DNA of 47,431 nt from positions 1 to 47,431 of the forward strand of contig CAMDBK010000003.1 of NCBI GenBank assembly GCA_945889235.1, in the 5' to 3' direction. This DNA is from Chitinophaga pinensis. Its GTDB lineage: Bacteria; Bacteroidota; Bacteroidia; SXHM01. The first letter of the stretch is position 1; each line of letters opens with the position of its first letter. Under the pieces are notes generated by a model. It saw only the letters and a program-made list of their open reading frames with translations, did no database searches and was not told the origin of the DNA. The position numbers were made by a program, and so were the translations under genes. Positions 19,106 through 27,174 of this stretch are shown here, in pieces.

Positions 19106-19954
19106 TCATAAATTATCAATCATTTCACCTTCTTTTTTTATAAAAAAGTGAATGGCAGATATAGTTAAACAAATTGCTAATAAACAACTCCACAAACAGG
19201 CTGCAATGTTTATTGCTTCTCCAAATAAAACAAAACGATACATGTTTAATACTCCTGTCATTGGGTTAATGCTTATTATCCATGAATAAGGTTGAGGTAT
19301 TATAGTTACCGGAAAAAAAACAGGAGTGAGCCAAATGCTGAAATTTACAAGATAGGGCACAAATTGATTTATATCTTTAAAGCGGATATTCAGTAGACTT
19401 AACCAAACTGCTGCTCCAAATCCCAAAAATATATTCACAACTAAAACTAAAGGAAGTAGCACAATGGTAGTATGTGGAAAATAGCCTAATAATGGCATAA
19501 GCAGTAGCATTAACAAAAATGAAATAACCCAATCATTAAGAGCGTCTGCAATTGTCAGAATAGGAAATAATAATAACGGAATATTTTTCTTTTTTATTAT
19601 TTCAGCATTCGATTTGATAGATTGGCTGCCAATATTAAATATTACTGTAAATAGGTTCCAAGCTATCAACCCTGAAAGGGCAAAGAGCGAATAAGGATAA
19701 TCACCGGTAGAAATTTTTATAAACCAGGAAAATAGAATAGTAAAAACTAAAACAACAATTCCAGGCTTTAATATTGCCCATGCAATCCCTAGTTTTGTTT
19801 GTACATATTGTTGCTTAATATTTCTTTCATAGAGGGCTGTTAGTATATGCCTGTTATTCCAAAGTTCTATAAAATATTCACGCCAAGATGGTGGTTCAGG
19901 AGTAATTATTTTTAGTGGACGTTGCAATTGAAAACAGGTTGTTTTTGGGTTCAA
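19106..19954 (-). CDS. wzm: Polysaccharide ABC exporter permease (ABC-2 type)
   Basis: YVQTKLGIAWAILKP, six hydrophobic segments, RFKDINQFVP, WLTPVFFP, NPMTGVLNMYR. The start may be the downstream TTG at 19927, because a TAATTTTG promoter motif overlaps 19959-19952. Confidence 0.9.
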   Translation of the reverse strand: MNPKTTCFQLQRPLKIITPEPPSWREYFIELWNNRHILTALYERNIKQQYVQTKLGIAWAILKPGIVVLVFTILFSWFIKISTGDYPYSLFALSGLIAWNLFTVIFNIGSQSIKSNAEIIKKKNIPLLLFPILTIADALNDWVISFLLMLLLMPLLGYFPHTTIVLLPLVLVVNIFLGFGAAVWLSLLNIRFKDINQFVPYLVNFSIWLTPVFFPVTIIPQPYSWIISINPMTGVLNMYRFVLFGEAINIAACLWSCLLAICLTISAIHFFIKKEGEMIDNL

Positions 19955-20003
19955 AATTATACATTTTGAATGAAGAATGTTTATGAGTTTAGGAATATAG
20001 CAC

Positions 20004-20011
20004 TAAATTTG
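20004..20011 (+). promoter_or_regulatory. Bacteroidota -7 element TAAATTTG for the fadI operon
   Basis: Exact TAnnTTTG, 25 nt before the ATG at 20037. Confidence 0.55.
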
Positions 20012-20036
20012 TTTTTTTATATACCAAATCTTTATC

Positions 20037-21317
20037 ATGAAAAAAGTAGTTGTCATTGACGGAACCCGCACGCCATTTTTAAAAAGCGGAACAGAATACA
20101 TGGATTTATTGTCCTACCAACTTGGACAATTTGCCATCAGCGGGCTTTTGAAAAAAACAGGAATTGACCCAAAATCGGTTGACCGTGTGATTCTGGGAAC
20201 CGTTATTTCTAATGTAAAAACCAGCAACGTGGCGCGTGAAGCCGCGCTGACTGCAGGAATTCCTTATACAACACCTTGCAGCACTGTTACGCAGGCTTGC
20301 ATTTCTGCCAACCAGGCTATTTCAAGCGGAGTTGAACAAATTCTGGCGGGGCAAGCCGACATTGTAATTGCAGGCGGAACCGATTGCACTTCTGATGCTC
20401 CTATTTTGTTCAATAAACCCATGCGCAAAAAGCTTTTCAATGCGCAAAAGCTGAAAGGTTTTGGTGATACTTTGAAGTTTGTAACCTCTTTGCGGTTGAA
20501 AGATTTTGTGCCGGATGCACCGGCTATTGCGGAATATACCACCGGAAAAACAATGGGTGTTGACTGCGATATTCTTGCAGCTAAATATTCTGTTGCTCGT
20601 GAAGATCAGGATAAATTTGCTTTGCGCTCACACACCCTTGCACAAAAAGCAATTGATGATGGTATTCTTGCACAGGAAATTACTGAAGTAGCACTGCCTC
20701 CAAAATTTGCTACTATAAAACAAGATAATGGCATTCGCGTTGGGAAATATGAAAAGCTGGCTTCACTGAAACCGGCTTTTGTAAAACCACATGGAACATT
20801 GACTGCCGCTAATTCTTCATTCCTGACTGATGGCGCAGCAGTTGTGTTATTAATGAGCGAGGACAAAGCAAAAGAACTTGGCTTGAAACCAAAAGCATAT
20901 ATCCACAATTACACCTTCACAGGTTCAGATTTAAAAGAAGAACTTTTATTAGGTCCAACTTATGCTATTTCAAAAGTGTTGAAACGCGCCAATCTGGAAC
21001 TGAAAGATATGGATGTTGTTGAACTGCACGAAGCGTTTGCCGGGCAGGTTTTGGCAAATATTAAATGCTTGGCTTCGGATGAGTTTGCAAAAGAAAAATT
21101 AGGGCGCGACAAAGCAGTTGGTGAAGTGAACATGGATAAACTCAATATTCATGGTGGCTCATTGGCTATCGGACATCCGTTTGGAGCAACAGGTGCGCGT
21201 TTGGTAACAACAGTTGCCAACCGCCTGCAACGCGAAAACGGAAAATACGGTTTGCTTGCTGCCTGCGCTGCAGGTGCTCACGGACATGCAATGATTTTGG
21301 AGCGTTACCCGAACTAA
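20037..21317 (+). CDS. fadI: 3-ketoacyl-CoA thiolase (FadI / trifunctional enzyme beta type)
   Basis: DGTRTPF, NVAREA, TVTQACIS (Cys), NSSFLTDGA, ELHEAFA, GHPFGATG, ACAAG. Confidence 0.93.
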   Translation: MKKVVVIDGTRTPFLKSGTEYMDLLSYQLGQFAISGLLKKTGIDPKSVDRVILGTVISNVKTSNVAREAALTAGIPYTTPCSTVTQACISANQAISSGVEQILAGQADIVIAGGTDCTSDAPILFNKPMRKKLFNAQKLKGFGDTLKFVTSLRLKDFVPDAPAIAEYTTGKTMGVDCDILAAKYSVAREDQDKFALRSHTLAQKAIDDGILAQEITEVALPPKFATIKQDNGIRVGKYEKLASLKPAFVKPHGTLTAANSSFLTDGAAVVLLMSEDKAKELGLKPKAYIHNYTFTGSDLKEELLLGPTYAISKVLKRANLELKDMDVVELHEAFAGQVLANIKCLASDEFAKEKLGRDKAVGEVNMDKLNIHGGSLAIGHPFGATGARLVTTVANRLQRENGKYGLLAACAAGAHGHAMILERYPN

Positions 21318-22049
21318 ATGAAAAGCGGAATCGTTTTTCTTCTCTTATTATTTCCGGTGTTGCTTGTTAAAAGCCAGATTTTTATACCCCAACTTTATGT
21401 CGGACAAAGTATTAATCAGGTAATTTATAACGGAACATATTCAAGTACCGGAACCTGCACCACCGGACAGGATTATGATTTTGACTTAGTGTATTCCCAG
21501 ATTTCGCCTTTTGCAACCGGAGTTGCACTCACTTTAGATATTTATTCCATGAGCGGAACTTTAACGCTGAACGGAAACTCGGTATCAGAAGGAAATACCT
21601 ATCCGTTAACAGAACCTGCTGTTCCCATGCAATTTAAATTCTCGGGGTCTGGTTCTATGGATTTCAGTGTTCATGCAACGGGAACTCCAACTGTTGCAGC
21701 AGAAATTTATCCCTGTTATGTAGTTGACAAAGTTTCACAGTTTACCTGCAACAATACATACACAATGATGCAAGGTGAAGTTTTTGTTCCATGCTCCATT
21801 GCAACACCAACAGGGATTTCAGAAAATGATTTACAACAGAAATTATTTTTCAGTGACGAAAGCCAATCGCTTTTTATTGCAACAGAAAACGAAAATGAAT
21901 TGATTGTTACGGATGTGCTTGGAAAAATAATTTTCACGCAAACATTGACAAAAGGGAAACATATTATTCCAATGCCACAACTTGCAATCGGTGTTTATAT
22001 CGCAAGGCTTGCGAGCGAAAATAGAATCTTAAAATTCATAAAACCTTAA
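21318..22049 (+). CDS. Secreted protein with T9SS type A C-terminal sorting domain
   Basis: Signal peptide MKSGIVFLLLLFPVLLVKSQ; PTGISEN linker; IVTDVLGKII...LAIGVYIARL...ILKFIK tail. Confidence 0.8.
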   Translation: MKSGIVFLLLLFPVLLVKSQIFIPQLYVGQSINQVIYNGTYSSTGTCTTGQDYDFDLVYSQISPFATGVALTLDIYSMSGTLTLNGNSVSEGNTYPLTEPAVPMQFKFSGSGSMDFSVHATGTPTVAAEIYPCYVVDKVSQFTCNNTYTMMQGEVFVPCSIATPTGISENDLQQKLFFSDESQSLFIATENENELIVTDVLGKIIFTQTLTKGKHIIPMPQLAIGVYIARLASENRILKFIKP

Positions 22050-22050
22050 T

Positions 22051-24180
22051 ATGAAAAACCAATACGCAGAAATTGAAAAACGTGGTAACATCGCCATTCT
22101 CTGGCTTGACCAGCAAGGAGAAAAAATCAACAAAATATCTCCTGAACTGATTGATGTCTTCACCAAACTGTTTGAAGAAGTTGAAAATGATTCTTCAGTA
22201 AAAGCCGCCATATTAATCAGCCGCAAAAAAGATTTTATTGCGGGTGCAGATATTGAAGCATTTCAGAAAGTGAAAAAGCCAGGCGACTTTGCGCCCGTTA
22301 CCCGCAAGGGACACGAAGGCTTAGCCAAAATTGCTAAATCTAAGAAGCCGGTGGTGGCTGCTATTCACGGTGCGTGCTTAGGTGCAGGATTAGAAATTGC
22401 CCTGGCTTGTCACGCCCGTATTTGTGCGGATGAAGGAACAAATCTTGCGCTTCCCGAAGTGCAGTTGGGTTTGCTTCCCGGTGGTGGCGGAACACAACGC
22501 TTGCCGCGCCTGGTAGGCATTCAAAAAGCATTGGATATGATGCTTACGGGCAAAACCATTTATGCACGACCTGCTTTGAAAATGGGCTTGGTTGATCGCG
22601 TTACTCAAAAATCAGAACTGCTGAACGGTGCTATTGCATTGGCTCAGGAACTGATCAAACGCCCTTTGGTTCGCAAGCGCAAAAAGACATTAGTTGATAC
22701 GTTGTTGGAAGATAACCCTATCGGGCGCAATCTTATTTTCAAGAAAGCAAAAGAGATGGTTGACCGCCAGACGCGGGGAAATTATCCTGCGCCTTATAAG
22801 ATTTTGGAGTGCGTTGAGATTGGTATGAACCAAGGCGAAAAAGCAGGTTATGAAGCCGAAGTAATAAAGTTTGAGCAACTGGTTCTTTCACCTGAAAGCG
22901 CACAGCTTATCAATATTTTCTTTGCCATGACGGAGATGAAAAAGAACCCGATGGCGGACAAAGTAAAACCGTATAACCGTGTTGGTATGTTGGGCGCGGG
23001 CTTTATGGGTGCAGGCATTGCGGAGGTTACTGCGGTGAAAGGCGTTCCCGTAATACTTAAAGACATAAAAGAAGAGTTTGTTGCCAACGGCAAAAAAACA
23101 ATCTGGGATAATCTTTACAAAAAAGTGAAGCGCAAAGCCCTTAACCGCACCGATGCCGACAGCATTATCGGGCGTGTTTGGGGACAAACGGATTTCACGG
23201 GGTTTCAACATTGCGATATTGTTATTGAAGCCGTACTTGAAGATATTAAGGTAAAACAAAACGTGCTTGCCGATGTGGAAGCCAACACCAAGGACACCTG
23301 CATTTTCGCATCCAACACTTCTTCGCTGCCCATTACGCAGATCGCAAAACATGCCAAACGCCCCGAAAACGTTATTGGTATGCACTACTTCTCCCCTGTT
23401 CCTAAAATGCCGTTGCTGGAAATTATTGTTACCGACAAAACTGCGGATTGGGTTACTGCAACCTGTCTTGAATTAGGTATCAAACAAGGCAAAACCTGTA
23501 TCGTTGTAAAAGATGGCCCGGGCTTTTACACCACGCGCATTCTTGCTCCTTATAGTAATGAAGCATTGCTGCTGCTTGACGAAGGCGGTGATGCTTTGCA
23601 AATAGATAAAGCGTTGAAAAAATTCGGTTTCCCGGTGGGACCAATAACGCTGATGGACGAAGTAGGCATTGATGTGGGCGCACATATTATGAAGGGCGAG
23701 CTGACCACCGAATTTGCGATGAAACGGGAAGGCGCGAAAATATCACAAGGTATTGCACGCCTCTATGATGCCGGTTTTAAAGGCCGTAAAAACAAGAAAG
23801 GCTTTTATAAATACGATGAGAAAGGCAAAAAGCTGAGCGGACAAATTGACCCCGAAATGTATAACCACTTTGGCGGCCCTAACCGCAAAAAGATGGACGA
23901 CCAAGAGATTCAACAACGCATGGCCATGCTTATGGTAAACGAGGCCGCACAATGTTTGCAGGAAGGCATTTTATCTTCAGCGCGCGATGGTGATATTGGC
24001 GCTATCTTCGGGTTGGGCTTTGCACCGTTTACAGGCGGACCTTTCCGCTACCTTGATACCTTGGGCGCACAAAAAGCAGTGGACATTATGAATGCGCTGA
24101 AAGACAAACACGGGCTGCGCTTTAAACCTGCTGATATTATTGTAGAGAAAGCGAAGAGCGGGAAGAAATTTTATGAGTAG
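22051..24180 (+). CDS. fadJ: Fatty-acid oxidation complex alpha subunit (enoyl-CoA hydratase / 3-hydroxyacyl-CoA dehydrogenase)
   Basis: FIAGADI, GACLGAGLEIALAC, LPEVQLGLLPGGGGTQRLPRLVG, VGMLGAGFMGAGIA, ASNTSSLPI, GMHYFSPV, GFAPFTGGPF. Confidence 0.95.
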   Translation: MKNQYAEIEKRGNIAILWLDQQGEKINKISPELIDVFTKLFEEVENDSSVKAAILISRKKDFIAGADIEAFQKVKKPGDFAPVTRKGHEGLAKIAKSKKPVVAAIHGACLGAGLEIALACHARICADEGTNLALPEVQLGLLPGGGGTQRLPRLVGIQKALDMMLTGKTIYARPALKMGLVDRVTQKSELLNGAIALAQELIKRPLVRKRKKTLVDTLLEDNPIGRNLIFKKAKEMVDRQTRGNYPAPYKILECVEIGMNQGEKAGYEAEVIKFEQLVLSPESAQLINIFFAMTEMKKNPMADKVKPYNRVGMLGAGFMGAGIAEVTAVKGVPVILKDIKEEFVANGKKTIWDNLYKKVKRKALNRTDADSIIGRVWGQTDFTGFQHCDIVIEAVLEDIKVKQNVLADVEANTKDTCIFASNTSSLPITQIAKHAKRPENVIGMHYFSPVPKMPLLEIIVTDKTADWVTATCLELGIKQGKTCIVVKDGPGFYTTRILAPYSNEALLLLDEGGDALQIDKALKKFGFPVGPITLMDEVGIDVGAHIMKGELTTEFAMKREGAKISQGIARLYDAGFKGRKNKKGFYKYDEKGKKLSGQIDPEMYNHFGGPNRKKMDDQEIQQRMAMLMVNEAAQCLQEGILSSARDGDIGAIFGLGFAPFTGGPFRYLDTLGAQKAVDIMNALKDKHGLRFKPADIIVEKAKSGKKFYE

Positions 24181-24197
24181 TGGCAGCCCTCGCGGCT

Positions 24198-24221
24198 GTC
24201 ACTTCGAGCGTAGTCGAGAAG
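24198..24221 (+). repeat. REP-like element GTCACTTCGAGCGTAGTCGAGAAG
   Basis: Shares the 12-bp core GAGCGTAGTCGA and a 5' GT(C/T)AC with the minus-strand copy at 36283-36304; follows a small hairpin after the fadJ stop. Confidence 0.65.
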
Positions 24222-24252
24222 TTTTAATCCCAGAGAGTGGCAGAAAAAAATT

Positions 24253-24287
24253 ACCACTAAGGCACAAAGAACACAAAGATGCACTAA
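24253..24287 (+). repeat. Short degenerate CAC(T/A)AAG tandem element
   Basis: ACCACTAAGGCACAAAGAACACAAAGATGCACTAA, period about 8-10 nt, upstream of the PorP/SprF gene. Confidence 0.6.
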
Positions 24288-24297
24288 TAAGAAAAAA

Positions 24298-25179
24298 ATG
24301 AAAAAACTCTTCACCACTTTTTTTCTTGTTTCTTTATTTTCGGTTGGCTATGCCCAACAAGATCCGCAGTTCAGCATGTATTTCAATAACCAGCTATTCT
24401 TTAATCCTGCTGCTGCCGGTGCTGAATACAATACTCAAATTGTTGGGCAGTTCAGAAAACAATGGACCGGTTTTGATGGTGCACCAACTACTGGGTCTCT
24501 AACGGGTGACCATTATTTTAAAAAGATACGAAGTTCATTCGGGCTCATAGGAATGTATGATGAAATTGGTTTTCAGAAAACAGGAAAAGCATTGTTGGTA
24601 TACGCATACCGCATTCCTATTAAGAAAACTTTCTTGCAAATTGGTGTTGACTTTGGAACAATGACCCAAACTATGGATGGCAACTTTGTTCCCATTCAGC
24701 CGGGCGACCCTAGTATTCCAACAGGAAGTTCTACGGACACAAAATTTATTTTTTCAAGTGGTCTTTATTTCTGGTCTAAACGTTTCAGTGCAGGTTTTTC
24801 TGCAAGAAATTTAAATGGTCCTAAATTAAAACTCGATAACCTGAATGGAGAACCTCTTACTATTGCACGCCACTATTATTTATACCTGCAATACCGTCAA
24901 CCTTTAGGTGAAGATTTTACACTTCGCCCTACTTTCCTTGTCAAGAGTGATGCTGCTTCTACACAATTAGATGCATCGCTGCTTTTCTATTATTTAGATT
25001 GGTGCTACCTTGGCGCATCCTACAGAATTGATGACGCTATAGTATTAACCACAGGAGGAAAAGCAGGAATAATTTGGCTGCAATATGCCTATGACATTAC
25101 TACTTCAAAACTTAGCGGGTACAGCAATGGTAGCCATGAAATTATGATACGGTATACTATTCCATACAAAAAAGATTAA
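24298..25179 (+). CDS. PorP/SprF-family type IX secretion system membrane protein
   Basis: Signal peptide, AQQDPQFSMYFNNQLFFNPAAAG, RKQWTGFDGAPTT, YAYRI, GASYR, YAYDITTSKL..YSNGSHEI. Confidence 0.92.
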   Translation: MKKLFTTFFLVSLFSVGYAQQDPQFSMYFNNQLFFNPAAAGAEYNTQIVGQFRKQWTGFDGAPTTGSLTGDHYFKKIRSSFGLIGMYDEIGFQKTGKALLVYAYRIPIKKTFLQIGVDFGTMTQTMDGNFVPIQPGDPSIPTGSSTDTKFIFSSGLYFWSKRFSAGFSARNLNGPKLKLDNLNGEPLTIARHYYLYLQYRQPLGEDFTLRPTFLVKSDAASTQLDASLLFYYLDWCYLGASYRIDDAIVLTTGGKAGIIWLQYAYDITTSKLSGYSNGSHEIMIRYTIPYKKD

Positions 25180-25183
25180 TTCA

Positions 25184-25540
25184 TCACCTCTTCCCAATCA
25201 CCTCCCAATACCTATCCCTCTCCTTCTTCACCTCTTCGAGTTCTTTTTTCAGGCTTTCAATTTCGTTCAATAGTTTTTGTTCTTTTTGGGTGGGTTTTAT
25301 AATGGGGTTGGCATCCAACAGAAGCAGATACGGTTCAAACAGGTTTACACCCAGCCAGCCGCTCAACTCAATAAGCAGTGAGGGGCGAATATCATTGCTT
25401 TTCAGGTTTTGCTGAAGGTAGTTTTCGCCTTGTCCCATCAGTTTACTAAGTTTGCGTAGCGACCTGCCGTTATATTTTACCCAACCTTTAATAATAGCAT
25501 GCATCTGAGGCAATTCCTTTTTTCGTTTTTTGAGTTTCAT
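25184..25540 (-). CDS. Putative XRE/Cro-like HTH regulator with C-terminal coiled coil
   Basis: SLRKLSKLMGQGENYLQQNL..NDIRPSLLIELSGWLGVNLF; EIESLKKELEEVKKERDRY heptads. Confidence 0.6.
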   Translation of the reverse strand: MKLKKRKKELPQMHAIIKGWVKYNGRSLRKLSKLMGQGENYLQQNLKSNDIRPSLLIELSGWLGVNLFEPYLLLLDANPIIKPTQKEQKLLNEIESLKKELEEVKKERDRYWEVIGKR

Positions 25541-25578
25541 TGGCTTACATATGGGTTTATTTAAATAATTTCACATAT

Positions 25579-25692
25579 ATGAACTATAAATTAAGTCAGA
25601 CACACGCAAAATTAAGTCACTTACATGATATATACAATCATATACACGGAAAACTAAGTCGCATACTTGAGAAATTACAACACTTGTTGTAG
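25579..25692 (+). CDS. Unlisted 37-aa His-rich heptad-repeat peptide MNYKLSQTHAKLSHLHDIYNHIHGKLSRILEKLQHLL
   Basis: ATG 25579 to TAG 25692; 21-nt DNA periodicity (AAATTAAGTCA at 25588 and 25609, AAACTAAGTC at 25651) matches in-frame heptads. Confidence 0.45.
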   Translation: MNYKLSQTHAKLSHLHDIYNHIHGKLSRILEKLQHLL

Positions 25693-25817
25693 AATTTGTA
25701 TCGCATGCATGAGAAATAGCGTCACCCACAAGAGAAATGCGTTCGCTGATTAAAGTGCCGGATAGCAGTAAAGAGCGGATTGAATTTTTATTCGAAGTAG
25801 TACAACCGACATTTATT

Positions 25818-25825
25818 TATTTTTG
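25818..25825 (+). promoter_or_regulatory. Bacteroidota -7 element TATTTTTG
   Basis: Exact TAnnTTTG, 23 nt before the ATG at 25849. Confidence 0.5.
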
Positions 25826-25848
25826 TCCCATAACCTAAAAACAAATCC

Positions 25849-26496
25849 ATGAGTAAAAAAACAACCTTCCTTATTCTCTGCTTAATAGCAACCACCAACC
25901 TCTTTGCCCAAAAAGTATTTGAAGGGCATATCAGTTATTCGTTTCAGATATTGGGTGAAAATTCTGAAATGGCGGCAGGCATGATGCCCACTTCCATGGA
26001 ATTTTATTCAAACAAAAAAAATACACTGGTAAAAATGGAAGGCGGACTTTTGGCAACCATGATGGGTGATATGCTTGCTACCTCTAAAGAATCATACCAG
26101 ATTAAGCATGAAGAAAAAATAGCTTATGTGATTAAAAAAACAGAACCTGCCAAAAACGATGGTGCAAAAGTGGTAAAGGAAGATGAGGTAATAACCTTAC
26201 AAGGACTTAGCTGCCAGAAATACAAGGTAACCAAAACAGATGACAAGGGCGAGCAACTGGTTTACATCTGGATTAGTACTGATTACATACTTCCCTTAAC
26301 AGGCGGTAAAGGAACCGAAAACCTTTCTGTTCCCGGAGTACCCGGAATGGCCATGAAAATTATGTCGAGCCAAATGGGGCTTACTGTTGTTATTACAGCT
26401 ACTGAAATGCAACAGACAAAGCAGGACAAAAAATATTTCAGCGTACCTAAAGGCTATGCAAAGAAAGATTTTGTACCCGGAGAAATGGGCATGTAA
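25849..26496 (+). CDS. Secreted DUF4412/GLPGLI-like protein
   Basis: Signal peptide, FEGHISY, EDEVITLQGLSCQKYKV, YIWIS, GVPGMAMKI, FSVPKGY. Confidence 0.7.
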   Translation: MSKKTTFLILCLIATTNLFAQKVFEGHISYSFQILGENSEMAAGMMPTSMEFYSNKKNTLVKMEGGLLATMMGDMLATSKESYQIKHEEKIAYVIKKTEPAKNDGAKVVKEDEVITLQGLSCQKYKVTKTDDKGEQLVYIWISTDYILPLTGGKGTENLSVPGVPGMAMKIMSSQMGLTVVITATEMQQTKQDKKYFSVPKGYAKKDFVPGEMGM

Positions 26497-26518
26497 TTGG
26501 TAAATTAACCTGTATTTT

Positions 26519-26526
26519 TACCTTTG
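26519..26526 (+). promoter_or_regulatory. Bacteroidota -7 element TACCTTTG for hpt-adk-obgE
   Basis: Exact consensus, 18 nt before the hpt ATG. Confidence 0.65.
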
Positions 26527-26544
26527 CTACCCCTTTAGCAAAAA

Positions 26545-27096
26545 ATGCAGGAAACAATTACAAAAACGGTTCAGCTTCACGACAAGAAATTTGCGCCTCA
26601 TATAAGTGCCACAGAAATTGAAAAAGCAGTTGTCCGTGTAGCTACAAAAATCAATACCGACCTTGCGGGAAAAAATCCCTTGTTTGTTTGTGTACTCAAT
26701 GGCGTTTTTCTTTTTGCCGCTGATTTGCTCCGCAAAATTGAAACCCCTTGCGAAATAAGTTTTGTTAAAGTTTCGTCTTATGAAGGAACTGCATCTTCAG
26801 GAGAAGTAAAAACCCAGATTGGTTTAAAAGAAGATATAAAAGGTAGAACCATAGTATTGGTAGAAGATATTATTGACAGCGGAAACACCATTGCCAAACT
26901 ATTGCCGATACTTGAAAGTCAGCAGCCGGCAGCAATTAAAATTGCAACACTGCTCTTTAAACCATCTGCTTTTAAAAGAGATTTTAAAATTGATTACATC
27001 GGGCTGGAAATTCCGAATGATTTTGTAGTAGGCTACGGATTAGACTACAACGGATTGGGACGTAACTTGCCCGAAATTTATAAGATAACTGAATAA
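26545..27096 (+). CDS. hpt: Hypoxanthine phosphoribosyltransferase
   Basis: VLNG..F.ADL, VSSYEGT.SSG, LVEDIIDSGNT, FVVGYGLDY. Confidence 0.96.
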   Translation: MQETITKTVQLHDKKFAPHISATEIEKAVVRVATKINTDLAGKNPLFVCVLNGVFLFAADLLRKIETPCEISFVKVSSYEGTASSGEVKTQIGLKEDIKGRTIVLVEDIIDSGNTIAKLLPILESQQPAAIKIATLLFKPSAFKRDFKIDYIGLEIPNDFVVGYGLDYNGLGRNLPEIYKITE

Positions 27097-27130
27097 TGAA
27101 TATCGAACAAGGAATGATGAATAATGAAGT
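27091..27130 (+). repeat. Short direct-repeat element GAATAATGAA-TATCGAACAAGGAATGAT-GAATAATGAA
   Basis: 10-bp direct repeat at 27091 and 27119, in the hpt-adk junction. Confidence 0.5.
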
Positions 27131-27174
27131 ATTGTCTGCATTTCTAAATTAGATATTTTTCAAATTTATATACC

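Noticed and set aside
22390-23952. Several minus-strand and alternate-frame ORFs (65-165 aa) within fadJ
   Set aside because: They fully overlap a strongly supported gene in GC-richer DNA, where long shadow frames are expected.
25737-25838. 33-aa ORF MRSLIKVPDSSKERIEFLFEVVQPTFIYFCPIT
   Set aside because: It overlaps the predicted promoter of the DUF4412-like gene and has no periodicity or motif support.
25184-25848. Prophage or ICE remnant around the HTH gene
   Set aside because: No integrase, att-like direct repeats or other phage genes nearby.
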